Of a stretch of DNA of 64,000 nucleotides, positions 18,711-34,904 are shown piece by piece. Source of the DNA: the human T2T-CHM13v2.0 reference genome, Homo sapiens; assembly GCF_009914755.1 (NCBI RefSeq), contig NC_060930.1. The stretch is one strand, 5' to 3'. The notes beneath the pieces were generated by a model. That model saw nothing but the letters and a program-made list of their open reading frames with translations. It was not told where the DNA came from and made no database searches. The position numbers and the translations under genes are program-made. Each line of letters opens with the position of its first letter. Position 1 is the first letter of the stretch.

Positions 18711-19370
18711 TACATATAATACCTATATTATCTGAATCTTTTGGTCCATGAATGCACAGTAACAAATGGCAATGCAGTGCTTTCTTTTTAAGGCTATTTT
18801 TCTTCCCACAGAACAATTAGAGTAAAATACTATATCCAGAGGATCCCACATAGTTATGTTCTTATTTAAATCACAGTGTTTGAGTTCAGAAAACTATGAG
18901 TAGGAACGATGAATTCAGAAAACTATGACTAGAAACAAAAGTATCATAATTGTACATAATTTCTCACTACACTTTCCTCCATTGAGTATATCTGCATAAT
19001 TATAAAAAATGTCTTGCTTGTAAATCTAGTTTGTATTTTATCACAGTGACTTTTTATTCTATTGTCAAGACTTGTTGCCTTCGACAAATTGCTTAATGTT
19101 TCTGATGCAATTCCTTCATATAAAAGACCTGTTTAGTTCAGAGTTCTTCTGTGGAGCAGATGATATAAGATAGTAACACTGTGTAAAGAAATGATCTGTG
19201 AATTTGAACAATAATATTATAAAATGCTTATCCTTATGAATAATTAGCTTACTTTTGATTTTGTACCATTAATTTAAAAATAAAAAAATCTCCTTATGCG
19301 ACAGAATAATTATATCATTATGTTAGACGAATAAATTAACATGTCAATTTTTTTTTTTTGCTCAATGTAA

Positions 19371-19574
<204 letters not shown>

Positions 19575-19934
19575 TAAGACATGGGTAAAATGTCCCATAT
19601 AAATTTTCTCCTATTTTAGAACTGTGAGCCATTGAACCTAATACAGCCTTGATGGCCTATCTTTTATAGCGTTATTTTTATGAGTATGTCTTTAAACTCA
19701 TACTTGTTAAGATATATTGAATTTACTATAATTGAGACAAGAATTTCCTTGTCTGAAGAGGGTGTGCATGCATAATTTTCACACACACAAACACGTGCAC
19801 ACACTCACAAGATTAAATGTGAAAATGTCAGGATTGCCATGCATCTTTTACCTTACATGTGAAATGAATTTTACATATGAAAATGAGTTGCTAAAAAGGA
19901 TGATGGTTAGTTTTTATTTTTAAATTTTCTATAA

Positions 19935-20078
<144 letters not shown>

Positions 20079-22553
20079 TAATTTTTAAAATTTAATGTAG
20101 CTCAGTTTTTAGAAATAGTTCCCTGAAATACCCAATATTGTTATCTTTTTTATTTGTAGGTATAAGTACTTTTCTGTTGCTCCCAGAATAGGGTTATAGC
20201 CTGGAAAAAGAAAGGAATTGATTCATGCATTGTCCATTTACACTCTAATTCCTTTGTTTCAAAAATAATTTTACTGCAAACATTATTTTACAATACTGCA
20301 AATATATAAAAGTGAGAAATATTACCTTGCTTCAGACTAGTGTTTTGCCTAGATCAAGATTTGATTTTTTGATTGGGATCCTGAACATGGATTTTGTTAC
20401 TTTGTTATGCAAAAGGCCAAGGTGTATACTTGAAATTGGAAAGTAGAGTAGAAGAGATGTAACCTAGTACAAGCATGCATGAGCTTTAACATTAACTGAG
20501 AATACGTGTGATATGCGAGTTGTAATTTCAATCTTTAAAGCAATAATTGGACTTACTGTGTTCAAATTGGCACAATTTATTCGCTTAATTCTGGTTAACA
20601 TCAAGGTGACAGCAGATTCAATATTTTGTGTGTTTTTTTCCCCTAAGCGGTATATTCCCAACAGTTGATAGTATAGTTTAGCAATGCAGGACCCAAATTG
20701 ACTTAAAAAATGAGTTCTTGGTTATATTTTGCTTTCCTCACTACCTTCCAAGTAAATAAAAGCAGTGTTTAAATAAAGTCAATTTAATAGTGGAATTCTA
20801 GTGTTTCTAAGTTGTTGCAAAGAATAGATTGAGTGAGGGCAATATTATTATTAATAGGGGTAATATTAGTGCCAGTTATTGCTCCAGGGGTGTCAGTCAG
20901 AATACAGGACTATGCAAGGGCAGTGGGAGATCACTTGTAACCAAGAAGTGGCAGGTGGAAGCCCCACTAAATATTGTGACACTGCTCTCTTCTCCAGTTT
21001 CATATTTTTCCTCTTCTAATTGAACACAACAAAATGATTACATTAGCTGTTCACTGTCTGTGTAGTGAGTTCTGACCACAGATTACCTTTGTTTTGCAAA
21101 AAATGACAGTGAGCTGTTCTTTTTAGCTGTAAATATTATAATTACTAACTTTAGCTTGACAGACTTTCATTATATTGTATTTCAAAATTAATACATCTGA
21201 GTGATCACACTTCTTAAAAAGAGGTTCATGTTGTAATATTTGGCACACACATTTTAAATTAATGTACACATATTTATTGTATTTGTGACTCAAACTTTGA
21301 TACCTTATTCATCTAGCTTTACCCAAAAAAGTTGCAAATAATACGTGGCTCACCTTGCTGGTTCAACTACTGTTTCTGTTTGTAATATATTATTTAAGAA
21401 AACAAAAGAGTAGATTAGGAAAGCTTCCTAAGGGTTCTATCAAGGTTTATGGACAAATTTAGGAATTTATGTGAACACAACCCCACACATACATATTAAG
21501 CCTTCAGAGAACTTGATTATGAGTCATTTTCAGGATATATTTTATCAAATGTAACTTCTGCTCTGAAAAGTACTTTTTTTTGCTTTTCTCTTTCTCTTTA
21601 TGTTCTTCCTCATACAAAATTCATCTTGACACAGGAGCATAGCTAAAAGCAAAGGTTAAAGAGCACCAAGAAGCTCAATTGAGAAAATTCTATACTTAAA
21701 TGATTTCCTAATGTGGCAGCTAAACACCCTTTAAAAGGAAGTGCTGTGTAGTCTAATATTTAGAAGGAACAATTCATTAATTTGAGAAAATAAAATGATG
21801 ACAACTTATGATTAACAAAAATGTAGCTTCGTATTGTTGACTTAAAGAGTAATAGGTTGACAGCTAATGGTAAACTCTTAAAATAATGCATAAGGAGCCT
21901 CAGACCCTCTTCCTGGTACAGTCCTGGATGAGCATACTTTCATCTCATTTACTGCAGAGGGAGATTTTTTAGAAATAATTTTTTGGTCAGTGGCAAATCA
22001 CCTAGTAAATATTTATAGTAATTAATTGTTTAAAACAATGATTTTGGAAAGTAGTTTTATTTTATAGTTTATAAAATAAAAATGGCATGAGTTTAAGATT
22101 TAGAGAGTTTAAAAAAAGCAAAACATACTGTTACCAAAACGTAGTAACGTTTTTACTCCTGTAATGTATATAATTTTTTGATGAATTCTCATTATTTTCT
22201 ATGAAAATTCTAGTAATGTATGAAAGGTACTATAATGTCTATTAAGTCATTGTATTAGGTTTTTGTTTGGATATGTGTTCCAAAAATCACAAATGAAGTA
22301 TGATTTTTTAATTTTGGTCCTCTTTATATGTGCTTCAATCAGAATTTCCTAAGCCTAATGAGTCAAAATAGCCTTTTAAAAAAATCAGAAAGCAGCACCT
22401 GCTTTTAGGTAATTCTGAGAATATTTGGCTTGTGGATAGGATATTTACTTTTCAGTCACCACCTCGATTGGAAGGCTTTATAAATTAGAAAAATGCTCAT
22501 TTAACAGTTTTGGCATTTTTATCTTTTCTTCAACATAAAATATTTGTTCACAG

Positions 22554-22580
22554 ATTTTGCACCATTTTTGAACAATTCAC
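22554..22580 (+). CDS. MYO6: Myosin VI small-insert microexon (27 nt, alternative)
   Basis: ttcacag|AT acceptor, CAC|gtaagt donor; DFAPFLNNS(P), symmetric phase 1. Confidence 0.93.
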
Positions 22581-24922
22581 GTAAGTCAATGGGTGGTAAC
22601 TCATGAGCTAACTGGAAGATGGGTTAAAATACTTTACAAAGTACTAACTTCTATTAAAAGTTGTTTTGCTACAATTTTCAGTGGAATTGTAGTGTGTTAA
22701 AGTTGTTATATCCATACTAAGATATATTTTAATTTGAGATGATGCTTTATTTGGATCACTCCAATATGTATATGTATTACAAAAAATCTAGTGAAATTAA
22801 TGTTTTATCAAATTACTTGCATTAAGAAAATGACTAGCATTTTAAACTGAGAGTATGTACAATTCTTATTGTAGCAAAACTCTTAACATAGCAGCTGACC
22901 TTTTAGAATAAAGACTAACTTTTAGATGCTGGTTTTTGGTTACTGTATTTTCAAACACTGATGGTGTCTGCATTTCTGCCAAAGGTATTTTAGTTTTATA
23001 GATAATGTGATAGTGTATAAAGGTTTAATAATGATACCTCCTTAAATAGGAAGAGGAGATTATTCTGTTACGTTTATAGCCTCTTATGATACACATTCTT
23101 TGATAATTTAAAAGCTTTGAGTCACCTTAGTGCACAGTAAATCTCTTGTAGAATTAGTTGATTAGTAATGATTTGGATATAATGTCACATTCATTTGCCA
23201 ACTGGTTGGACCTGATGTTTTGAAGTGCTTCTTATAATTTATAAGGCTGTATTTGAAGATTACACAATTGAATGTGAAGGAAAGTTATTTAGAATATTAG
23301 TTTCAAGCTTTTAATGTCTGTTTCTTTGTGTTTTTCCAGATAAGTATTCGTTTCTAGTCTTCCCCAACAAAATTTCAGTTCTCCTGTTAGTAAGAAAAGC
23401 TATCAAAGACTTTCTATTTAGTTTCTGAATTTTATCCAGTATCTTAACTTACAGGAGACTTACTTCAAATTAAAAAGTAGGTTAATTAATGAATGACTAT
23501 CAGTATCATGGTAAATTTCCTGTAAACTGGACATTAAATTCTAATTCACTACTTTAGATGGAGGGAAGGTTTTTAAATTCTTAGTTTTGAATTAGTACAT
23601 TTTCAACAATGTAGGGAGTTTTGAAAACTTAAAAGTAGAAACACTGAACTGTAAGTAGCTCTGGGAAAACAGGAGCAAAAGAATAGATAAGCAGATGTCT
23701 GTTAATATGTGATGCAGCTTTTAAAGTTACTAACAAAACCGGGCCTCTCGTTCCTTCATAGGGATATATAGCTTTGCTAACTGCTTTTTGCTTTCTCTGG
23801 TTTGCAAAGAAATAAATTCAACTGCTATAAAGCTTTTGCTATTTCTTGGTGTAAAAAGTAGAGTAAGAGTATTTTCATCCTTTCAGTATTTGCAAATTCT
23901 TACAGAAGCCATGTGGCTCTTCTTGGCTTTATATCATATGTACATTTTACAATATTTCTTTGACACACTTGGATTTTCATAGTGAGACTCTTAACTGAGC
24001 TGCTGTAAATGGTTGTTCCACTTTTGAAGTTCTGTGAGTATAAAACAGATTAAACAGGCTAACCAAAATTATGCTGCTAAAGATGTAAAGTCATTGCCCC
24101 AGGGAAATGTTTACATTTGCAGATAAAATAAAAACCTAATTGTTAAGTAATGAAAATTGAGCTAGGAATGAAAGATTGATATGAATGAAATGCCCAGTAC
24201 TAGTAGAAAAGCAAGGATTTTTCTTTTCTTTTGGCAAGGAGAATCAAATGTTACATACTTTGCACTTCATTGGATTTTATTCTAAGAGAAATCTGATTTC
24301 AGAGTAAGTAAATATCTTTAAGGGAAAGTTTATGCTTACTGTTATAAGGTTTTTTTTGTCATATGGTTGTCTAAATGTTGTTAATATCTATGTCATTGTG
24401 GTCATTTTAAATCCTAAAATTTGTTGGCAAAAGAAAAAATTTTTATATGGCTTCTACTTTTTGTGGAAATAGTGATTAAACTGACAAATGTCTACATCCT
24501 TCAGATTTTTGAAATTACTGTTTATTTTGTTCTATCATAAATAGTTGAATAAAAGTTACTGTACAAATTTGAACTCTTTACAGGAAGAATATAAATCTAG
24601 TAAATAATAGTAGTTTGTTTTCCTGCCGTGTGAGTTTATTTTAGGTTACTGTTACAGTGATTTGTGGGAATCTGACAGGGGTTTGTTGCTGGTAGTGGTG
24701 GTGGTAGTGGTATGTGTGTGTTTGTGTTGGCAATGCTAAGAAACATCTTAAGGGAAAGACAATTCTAAGAAGTAACACTCTGAATTTTATTAATTTGTAG
24801 GCAATAAATATTTTCATTTTGTTTTAAATTTACTATTAGGGACCTTTCTTCTTTTTAAAAAATTATTGGGGTATATTTTAGGATTAAAGGCTCTTTTCTT
24901 TTCCCTTGAGCTGCTGGTATAA

Positions 24923-25210
<288 letters not shown>

Positions 25211-25678
25211 TAAACTCTCTGAATGAAACATTCTAATGTATAATATAATAATTTATTACATTTCAGGGTTGAGGGATGGAGTCTTGCGGTTAAATCACAT
25301 TTCCAGTTCAGTGAGGATTAACTCATTTATAATGTGAAATTGCTTGGATTAAATTATGTTCTTAGCACATAGAAACTTGTCTGTATCCTAAAAACCTTTC
25401 CATTTGTGTTTCATCATATCCATTGATTTGTAGTGGCTTGAGGAAATGTAGCATTTTTATTAACTCTGGTAACTTGTTTGATCAATAGCAGTGTTTATTA
25501 ATATTGAAAGGGTCCTTGATGGGGGACAAATTTTAATTGTTTCTGGTGATTTTATTAAGCAGATTTCCATCTTAGAGAAAAAGTCTTAGGAAGTTTTCAA
25601 ATCTATGAGAATTAATAGGTATTTCAGGCATACAACTGGTAAGAAATGGTCCTGAAGAGAGAGATGGTAATTTTCTGA

Positions 25679-25894
<216 letters not shown>

Positions 25895-28800
25895 ATGTTG
25901 CACACTAGCCTTACAGCTGGGAGCCTTTGCCATGGTACTTAGGTAGGGTGTGTGCCCCCAGATTTAACCATTCCATAATCATGTTAGAGTTACTTCTATA
26001 AAGTGAACAGATTTTATTAATCACGGCTTTTGGTGAATTTGTTTAAGGTTAATTATGGTAGCAAATTTTGGACCTAAACATTATTTTTCTGTATCCCGCT
26101 GTAATTCCCAAAACTCTCATTATTCTCTAACTATTACACATGGGCATATTCTGATGTTTCTCATCCTTTGCCAGAAGACTACCTTACATCCATCGTAATT
26201 GTTCTCTAGGAAAAGAGAACTTTTTTCAAAATTCAAAATACTTTTTAAGGATGGCACAGTACCATATAACTGGAGTAATAAAACATGAGCTTACATTCTT
26301 ACAATAACTAAACCACTTAAAATGATCAAGGCACTAATGTTTTGGTCTGAAAAGCTGTGTACTTTATAGACATTTTCAGACATTTTTGGAAATTTCCATT
26401 AAAGGTGGAAAATCTATTTTTTTCCTCCTTTGCAGTGTCTTAGTTTGAATGAAACACTTCGAAGTTCTAGAATTCTAGAAAGAGCCTTAATGTATTTGAT
26501 GTATTCTGTGATAAGAGGTACTAATAGTATCCAGCACAGATTTGCTTTTCTTTGCTAGCACAATGTGTGTTGCTGTCAGAATATTCTTTTTATATTCTGT
26601 GGAAAAATAAAGGAAATTCAGATTGTTTAAATGCCTAAAAGTTTTGAGATAAGTTTTGTTTCAATTAGAAAAGGAAATAGGTTTTAGGTGGCATAGTGGC
26701 TTAACTGGACTGAATTCAAATATTCTTTCAACTTCATCTCAATAGTGATTTTTGTATCAGAATCTTGTCCAAGTTGTTTCATTGATTTAGTAAGTGTTCT
26801 GCTTCCAACATCTTTCTTTTTAAGAAATTCCTAGTGTCTTTTTTGGCCTTTGAGGTTTTGGTAATTGTAGACCTGTTTCATAAGCTTTGTAATTCAGAAA
26901 TCCTTGTATTTAGTAAGTGCTTGTTTTACATAACTGATAATTTTAAAATGTTTTCTTTGTGTGCTGTTAGTATTGATTCAAATGTCAGCAGCTTTAAGCC
27001 TAATATTTATGACTTTCACATTTGGAATTTAAAGACAAAAATACATCAAGGAGTTATGCTGACATAATTCTAAGGAGTTTTGTTGTATTTTAGAATAAAA
27101 TTATAAAGTAAAATGATTCTCTGTACTGCTTTTTCCCCCAGTTTTTAGAGACCCTAACCTTTGAAATGAAATTCCAGTGATTTCTTTTTTCCCTAGAAAG
27201 ATTACCTCAGTTAGGGAAGTATTTCCCAGCTGACTAGTGTTTGTGAGCCACAGACACTGTCTTCAGAATTGCTTCTCTCATGTCTTAGTAGAGAAATATT
27301 TATTTATTATGATACATTCAAATGATTGTCAAGTTAAATTAAATGGTTGTGTCTGTGCTATTGAGAATGCAAATGTGATTATCTTTTGAAGGCTGTATTA
27401 CTGCATAGCTTCACCCACCCTCGGGTCATTTCGTCCCTGTGATTGGGGACAGAAGGTGTAGCTACTGAAGTAAATGACCTATTCTCTCTCTTCCATCTCT
27501 CGCCTTTAACTGGTGTTTTTATTTGTGTAGGATAGTGAATGATAAGCTTTTTTCCTAACCAGTAGTGAGTAAAGTTCTTGAACAAAATTTAGTAGCCAAA
27601 TTGTTTTTTAATGACATGTCTCTTTAGTACAATAGTTTTGTGTATCTTTTAGATACATTAATAGGCACTAGATGGAAAATTAAAGAGTTAAACATATTTA
27701 AATGAGAGAATCTAATGTTTCAGAAATTTGTAAGAAATGTATCACAGCAAAGGGTTGTTATAAGTCCTTAGTTTTTGACTCTAATAGTTAATACAATTAT
27801 AGTTAATCTTAAGCCATAATGTTTCTAATCATGTCACACAGCTGTCCTAGAACTTATCTATTTAAAATAGTTTCCTGAGTTAATTTTGGCCAGCAGGGCA
27901 ACTGCCCTAATTCAGATAGACTTACAGTAACCTACGTACAGTAGATGCACATACACACAGACACCCCTTTGCTGGAGAAACTTAGGACCCTGTCAGCCTT
28001 TTAAAGGAAACAGCAGGAGTGGTGTCCTAAATGATGTTCATGCAGCTGCTTTACCATGTTCACAGTCAAGCCCATGCATGCCAGGTTAAAACTGTGGAAA
28101 TCAAAAGTAAATTCACTCATATTTTAATCATTTTAACTGAGATTTAAAATTAGAAGTTTAAACCACTATATATAAAGAACTAATCTTTTCTTAATACCAG
28201 TTCTTTCCATAGCATATGCTTTGCAAAGGCAGCATGCATAAAATATTTAAAATGAGAGGACAGAATGTTTTCACATTTGATTCAATTTTAATATAATTCC
28301 TAATTGTGGTAACACAGTTGAGATATGTATTATGAGTTATGGGAACTAATTGAGAAAAGGAAGTTACTCTAATCCACGTATGTTAAGAGAATATTGAGTT
28401 TTCTTAGTTGTAAAGTTGGGGAGATGGCACCTTCTCAGAGGATTGTGAAAATATGAGGAAGAAACAAAACAGTGCATGTAGGAGCACAGGGCCACACAAA
28501 GGCATTCTATTGTTATGCTCATTCTGCTTCTGTAATGACTTTTCATAGGTCATTCTTGTGAACCATTTTGTTTTGCAAGCAACCAAGGAAAGAACATCTT
28601 AAGTGGAAAATCAGTGGTGGTTGTGAACACTTAGAGAATAGCAATCCACAGGCAAGAATAATGGTATTGTTTGTAGAGCTTTATTAATTGGATATTTTTT
28701 AAAAGACATTTTCATTCACAGGTCATTACTATGGTTCTCAGCGATCCAAATATGTAGATCATTGGTTTTTTTTTTACCTGAAGTAGCTTAAGAGTACTTG

Positions 28801-29718
28801 GATCAGTAGAATAAATATTTATTGAATCAATCAGTCAGCCAATTAATATGATGTTAGTGATAGACCTGCCTCCTTTTATGGAAGAGGTAACAGATCCAGA
28901 GAGGTCAAGTAATTTAGTTGTAGACTGAAAAATATATCAAAGCCTTTGCTGCAATCATATGTAACAAAAAGAACCAAAACAAACACTTTTTAGTGGCACC
29001 TGTGGATTTACAAAGGGTTGCCTCTCTGTCATTCCACAACTTCAGAAGGTGTGACAGGTTTTCCCTATTTATCATTACCAATAATAACAAGTATTGAGAG
29101 TTTTAAAATTTCTCCCAGAAGATAAACTAACAAGGATGGAAGGGGAGGGCAAAGGATATCTAAACATGAGAATAAGGACATGTTAGAGGGGGGGAAACAG
29201 TTGTAACAATAAGGAAAGAGAAGAGCAACAGTGGAAGAGACAGGTTGTGTGCCCCTAAAGATTCTGCACCCCCAGTTTGGAAACACTGATACATTTTAGG
29301 ACACAGAGCACTCCTAGATCTCTACGAAATTTTAGAATGAATAATGTGTAATTTATAGGATCAGAACGTATGGTTATTAAAACTTGGATCAAGATATGCC
29401 CGGTGTATACATTCTTAGCACATAGGAATGGCACTGCCATACTGGAGAAGGTCAGCAGTAAATAGGCATTCTGTACATAAGCCTCATGGAAGGGTAAGAT
29501 GGAGAGACTGGCAGAAGTAGCACCTACTCTGCTGGGAGCACTTCTCTGAGTACGCTTTAGTTCAATTCAAATCACTGTATTCTTTCCCCATTGCTAACCT
29601 AATATATGAAACAAGCTTAGCTGTCTCAGAAGTTTTTCAAGAGATGATCAGGAAAAATTAATGCACATTCAAAAGGAGAATCTTCAGTACAAATTTGTTT
29701 TTTTAAAAATAGATTTAG

Positions 29719-30007
<289 letters not shown>

Positions 30008-30009
30008 AA

Positions 30010-30210
30010 AATAGATTTAGGGGGTACAAGTGCAGTTTTGTTACATGGGTATATTGCATAGTGGTAAAATGTGGGCTTTTAGTGTACCTAACACCCAGAG
30101 AAGCATACATTGTGCCCAGTAGGTAATTTTTCATCCCTAAACCTTTTCTCAGCCTCCCACTTTCTGGAGTCTCCAATGTCGGTTATTCCACTCTTTATGT
30201 CCATATCTAC
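30010..30210 (-). mobile_element. Old L1 (L1MA/PB-type) 3'-end fragment
   Basis: ggggtacaagtgcagttttgttacatgggtatattgcatagtgg motif. Confidence 0.7.
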
Positions 30211-30388
30211 ACATTCAATCCTAATTTGTACCAAGTAGCATCTCACCTTTAAATCACAGGCTTATTAGTTGGGTGTTTTCTTTTTACTTATGAAAATTCA
30301 TCTAGTCAAACTGTCAATTAATTTTTCCTCATTTCATTAAAAGTGTATATCTAATGCTTTCTCTAAAAATTGATGTACTGGAAATACA

Positions 30389-30398
30389 AATAAATAAA
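30389..30398 (+). terminator. Probable distal MYO6 polyadenylation signal
   Basis: AATAAATAAA, TGTA upstream (tgatgtactg), U/GU-rich sequence downstream. Confidence 0.65.
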
Positions 30399-31505
30399 TG
30401 CTCCCTGTGTAGAATTTCCACTTGCATCTTGTGCTTTTAATACCATTACAGGGTGTCATGAACAGGTTGTAAATGTTGCACTTATTGCCGTGTTTCAGAT
30501 GGAATAAGTTGGCGAATTCTGGGCTCCTGAAGCTTGATCCAGTCGCTAGGGCTGGAAGCACTGTGTTAGGTGGCTGCAGGAAGAAGCAAGGAACTCAAGG
30601 TGATTGAAACTTCTTTGGACATAGGCCCCAAATTTCCTATGTGATCTCCATCCAGGAAACAGGCAGGATTCTGTGTGAGTGACAGCTACTCATTTTGTAG
30701 AGATTAGAGACACACCAAATTTTGGCTGCCTTTCTCCAGACCGTTACTAATCTGTGAGAAGACACAGGATGTAAAAACTGGGGACCAAAAGAAGGCTCCT
30801 TCTCCCTAAGGCCTTGAATATAGCTGGTCCATTCCCTGTGTCAAGAACCTACCATGATCCTGCTGGGTCCTCTGAGAGTGGAAGGAGACTCTGTCCATCT
30901 CACCTCATCAGCTCTTCCCTGGCTGGTTGGAAAAGACCAACCCAAAAGAGGGGTGATCCAAGGAGTGAGAGACACTTACCACAAAATGGGACCCTCCCCA
31001 CAGAATATAGGGCTTTTACCTCCTTCTCTTTCTCCATAGAAAACTACATTTCCTATACTAGTTAGAGCACAAGTAGTATAGGGAATGTAGGGGGTGAGGA
31101 CTACATTATACAGGAGTGATAGTGATAGATCCTTGTTTCTCCTGATGAAATGTTTTCATGTACTTTTGGTCAGCCTATCATGCTTCTATCATTTGTTTTC
31201 CTTTGTGAAGTTCCAGGGATATGGAAGTGGGTAGGTAACCTCTTGCCACCATTCTTTGTTCTGTGGCACCTTGTCATCATATTTCACCTTGAAGTCCTTG
31301 TCTCACATTATAGATCTTCACTTTGGTATGCACACACCAAAGTTAGTGTGAGGAAGTAGTCATTGAAGTTATTATAGGACGACATTGTTCATCTGTGGTG
31401 GAAGACAGGATTGGTATGGGAATGGTGATGAAAGCTAGGTGTTTGTGAGGGTTTGTAACCCTCATGGGGCACTACCACTTCCCAAAAAATTGTCTCCATT
31501 ATTAA

Positions 31506-31834
<329 letters not shown>

Positions 31835-31994
31835 TGTTTTTATTTTTGAAGCTTAATGTTATATGTTGCTCTTTGTGTTTACTATTTTGTTGTCTTTTGG
31901 CAGCATTAAAATTTTCATGCTTAAAATCATTTATTGAATACATAAAACAAATCTAAAGACTATCTACTAAAACAAAGGCTCATTAAAAAACCTA

Positions 31995-32969
31995 TGAGTA
32001 TATCACTTTTACTTTATTGAAATTAAGGTTTGTAGCAAATATATCTGATATTAGAACATTTGAAAGAGATAGAGACAGATTCATTTTCATTAAGCAGCAC
32101 ATAAAAAATGGACTGAATTGGATTACATTGATGCCAGTCTAGGTATACACACACTAAAGTTGGTGTGAGGAAATATTCTGAAGTTATTATAGGAAGACAT
32201 TGTTCATCTGTGGTGGAAGACAGGAATTGATTATGTCATATAGTACAACTTCGCCCTTCTCCCAACATAGCATCTTCTTTAAAATAGCTTTGTGTAGTAA
32301 CAAGAAAAGTAAGATTTTTCCATGGTATGTGTATCTGAACCTCAGTTTCTTTTAAAGAACAATTCAAAGATTATTGGCAACAAAACAGTCTACTATGTAA
32401 GCAGTAGTTGCGTATAAAACTAGTGTGCCTAATAACTGAATACTGAGGTTTGTGTTTATCAGACGTAGTGTGGAGCATATATACACTCACTACAGTGCCT
32501 ACACACTACATACATTCATGCGTTTAGAGAGACCTGCATCTCCCTGCGTAAGTAGTCATCTTTTAAATGTACTTTCTAGCATATAAAGAGTTTGCTTCCC
32601 AATAAATTGTTCAGTCCCTAAACAATAAGTAAGCTATGTTTGTTGCAAATGATCTGTGAGTAAAATTTTCAGGGAAGGTGGAAGCAAACCTGGCTTATGA
32701 TCATTTTGACTATCATCCAAGAATAGTAAAAATATGTTTCGCTGATTGCATTTGGGGTTTTAATAATAAGTAAGTGTCTTTTTCTTCAGAATTTACTGGT
32801 TGCCAAGTACATGACTCTTCTATATTTGAAATATGGTGTGTGCTGATTCTCAGTGTTGACTGTATGTCTGGATTTTGATGACCCATGAATATGCCTGTCT
32901 CCATTTTCCTTGAGAAGGCAAATCATCTCTCTTGAGATAGCCTAAATGATAATTGTACATTTTCAGTTT
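31995..32969 (-). other. IMPG1: IMPG1 3'UTR (end approximate)
   Basis: minus-strand AATAAA at 32013-32018 (another at 31930-31935). Confidence 0.65.
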
Positions 32970-33092
<123 letters not shown>

Positions 33093-34457
33093 TCAAACCA
33101 ATGGTTCATTCCAATATTACTGCCACTGGTAGATAAGAGGATGTGCTTGCCATTTATGACATCTTCTTTGAAATGTTGAAGATGGCCTCAAAATATTCTT
33201 AACTTTATAACCTACTAGAAATGTACTCCATGCCCTCTTAAGCCTATTTAGATTCTCAGGCTGACCCATCTCATAGAGCAGGAGTGGCAGATAGTCTGTG
33301 AATGAGTCACCATTTTCCCATCCAACCATAGTAGACACCATTAGTGTATTATAGCATGCTTCCTCAGGGAACCCATGTGTCCTCTGAATGTCTGTCAACA
33401 CAGAAATCCACATAGCCAGGAATAATCAGCATTGATACTTGTTCTGGCCTTGAACTAAGATGTAGTTCTTCAAGTTTACTTCCTACTGTGAAAATTATCA
33501 CTTCCTTTTATTTATTTGAAATGTGATCCATAATTCTATCTGGTACTTCGGGATTTAGTTGGACATTTTGTCAATATCAGATCCTGTGTCCTATTGTCAT
33601 TTTATGGCCCTAGTCTAAACTTTTTCTGTTTTTCCAATTTTCTTTGTTTCAGGAAACCAAAGTGGCACACATTCCCAGTGTGCACTTGGATACATAAAAT
33701 TATTATTAGCATTTGGTGTGATTTCCCCAGTATCCTTATCATATATTAACTATGATAACTTTTGTAGGTGCAAACTTTGAGGCATTTTTTTTTTATCCAG
33801 CACTGTAGACTTTAGATAAAGTAGACATTGGCTGATTATCACCAATTGTTTCTATCAAAGACTATAATTTTTGAAAATGGGTAGTTTTAGGCTAAAGATT
33901 GTCCAAGGTTTTTTCCCCCAAAGTTATTTTAAAAAACTATGTCAACTATATATAAATTGCTTATAGACAAGTTATTTTCCTTTGTAAAATAAAATTATTT
34001 TAGTAAAATAAGTTGATTAAGTGAATATTTTAAGAGATGTCTTGGACACTGAAAAACATCTGAAGATGAACTTTTACGAATTTTTGAAGTTACTCATTGT
34101 TCACAAATGATGTTTCTTCATATTTTCTACATATTTTTCCTTTAGCTGATTATTATTTGAAATTGAAAGTATATAAAATTATTCAATGCCAGGAATATAA
34201 ATTATTACTGTAAAGATTTCAACCTTAAAATACATTTGATAAATTACCTGTATATTTTTATAAGAAAAGATTGGAAATATTATAAAATACTTGGATTGTT
34301 TTTGTTATTCTGTTGTTTTATCTACACATTTTGGTTAATCCCAGCCTTCTGACTCTATCCTTGCACTAGAAAATGTCACCCCCTTAAAACAGTAAATTAA
34401 AAATAAAAAGTATCTTGCTTATCTCTATTTAAAATAAGAGGGACATAAATGTTTTTA

Positions 34458-34628
<171 letters not shown>

Positions 34629-34904
34629 TTATCAACATTAATAGTAACTACATCTTTCTACTGTTTTAGTTTTAACATCATGACAAGTGAAAATAGATAG
34701 CATATTTTTGCAGGTGTCTTCCGTTTGAGTTGGAAGAAGTGTGCTTTCAGCATTTCCCCTGACTTTTGCCTTTTAGTTGGCTTACTATTTCTTAGGCAGT
34801 GGTCTCAGAAGGATGGAAGGATTACAAAACATAGATTTATTTCTCAAGTCAAGTTCTGAGTTGTGGTTGCTGAAAAACAACTCTGTAATGGCATATTGTT
34901 AATA

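Noticed and set aside
26466-26481. TTCTAGAATTCTAGAA as a heat-shock element
   Set aside because: Spacing does not give three properly phased nGAAn units, and it lies in a 3'UTR
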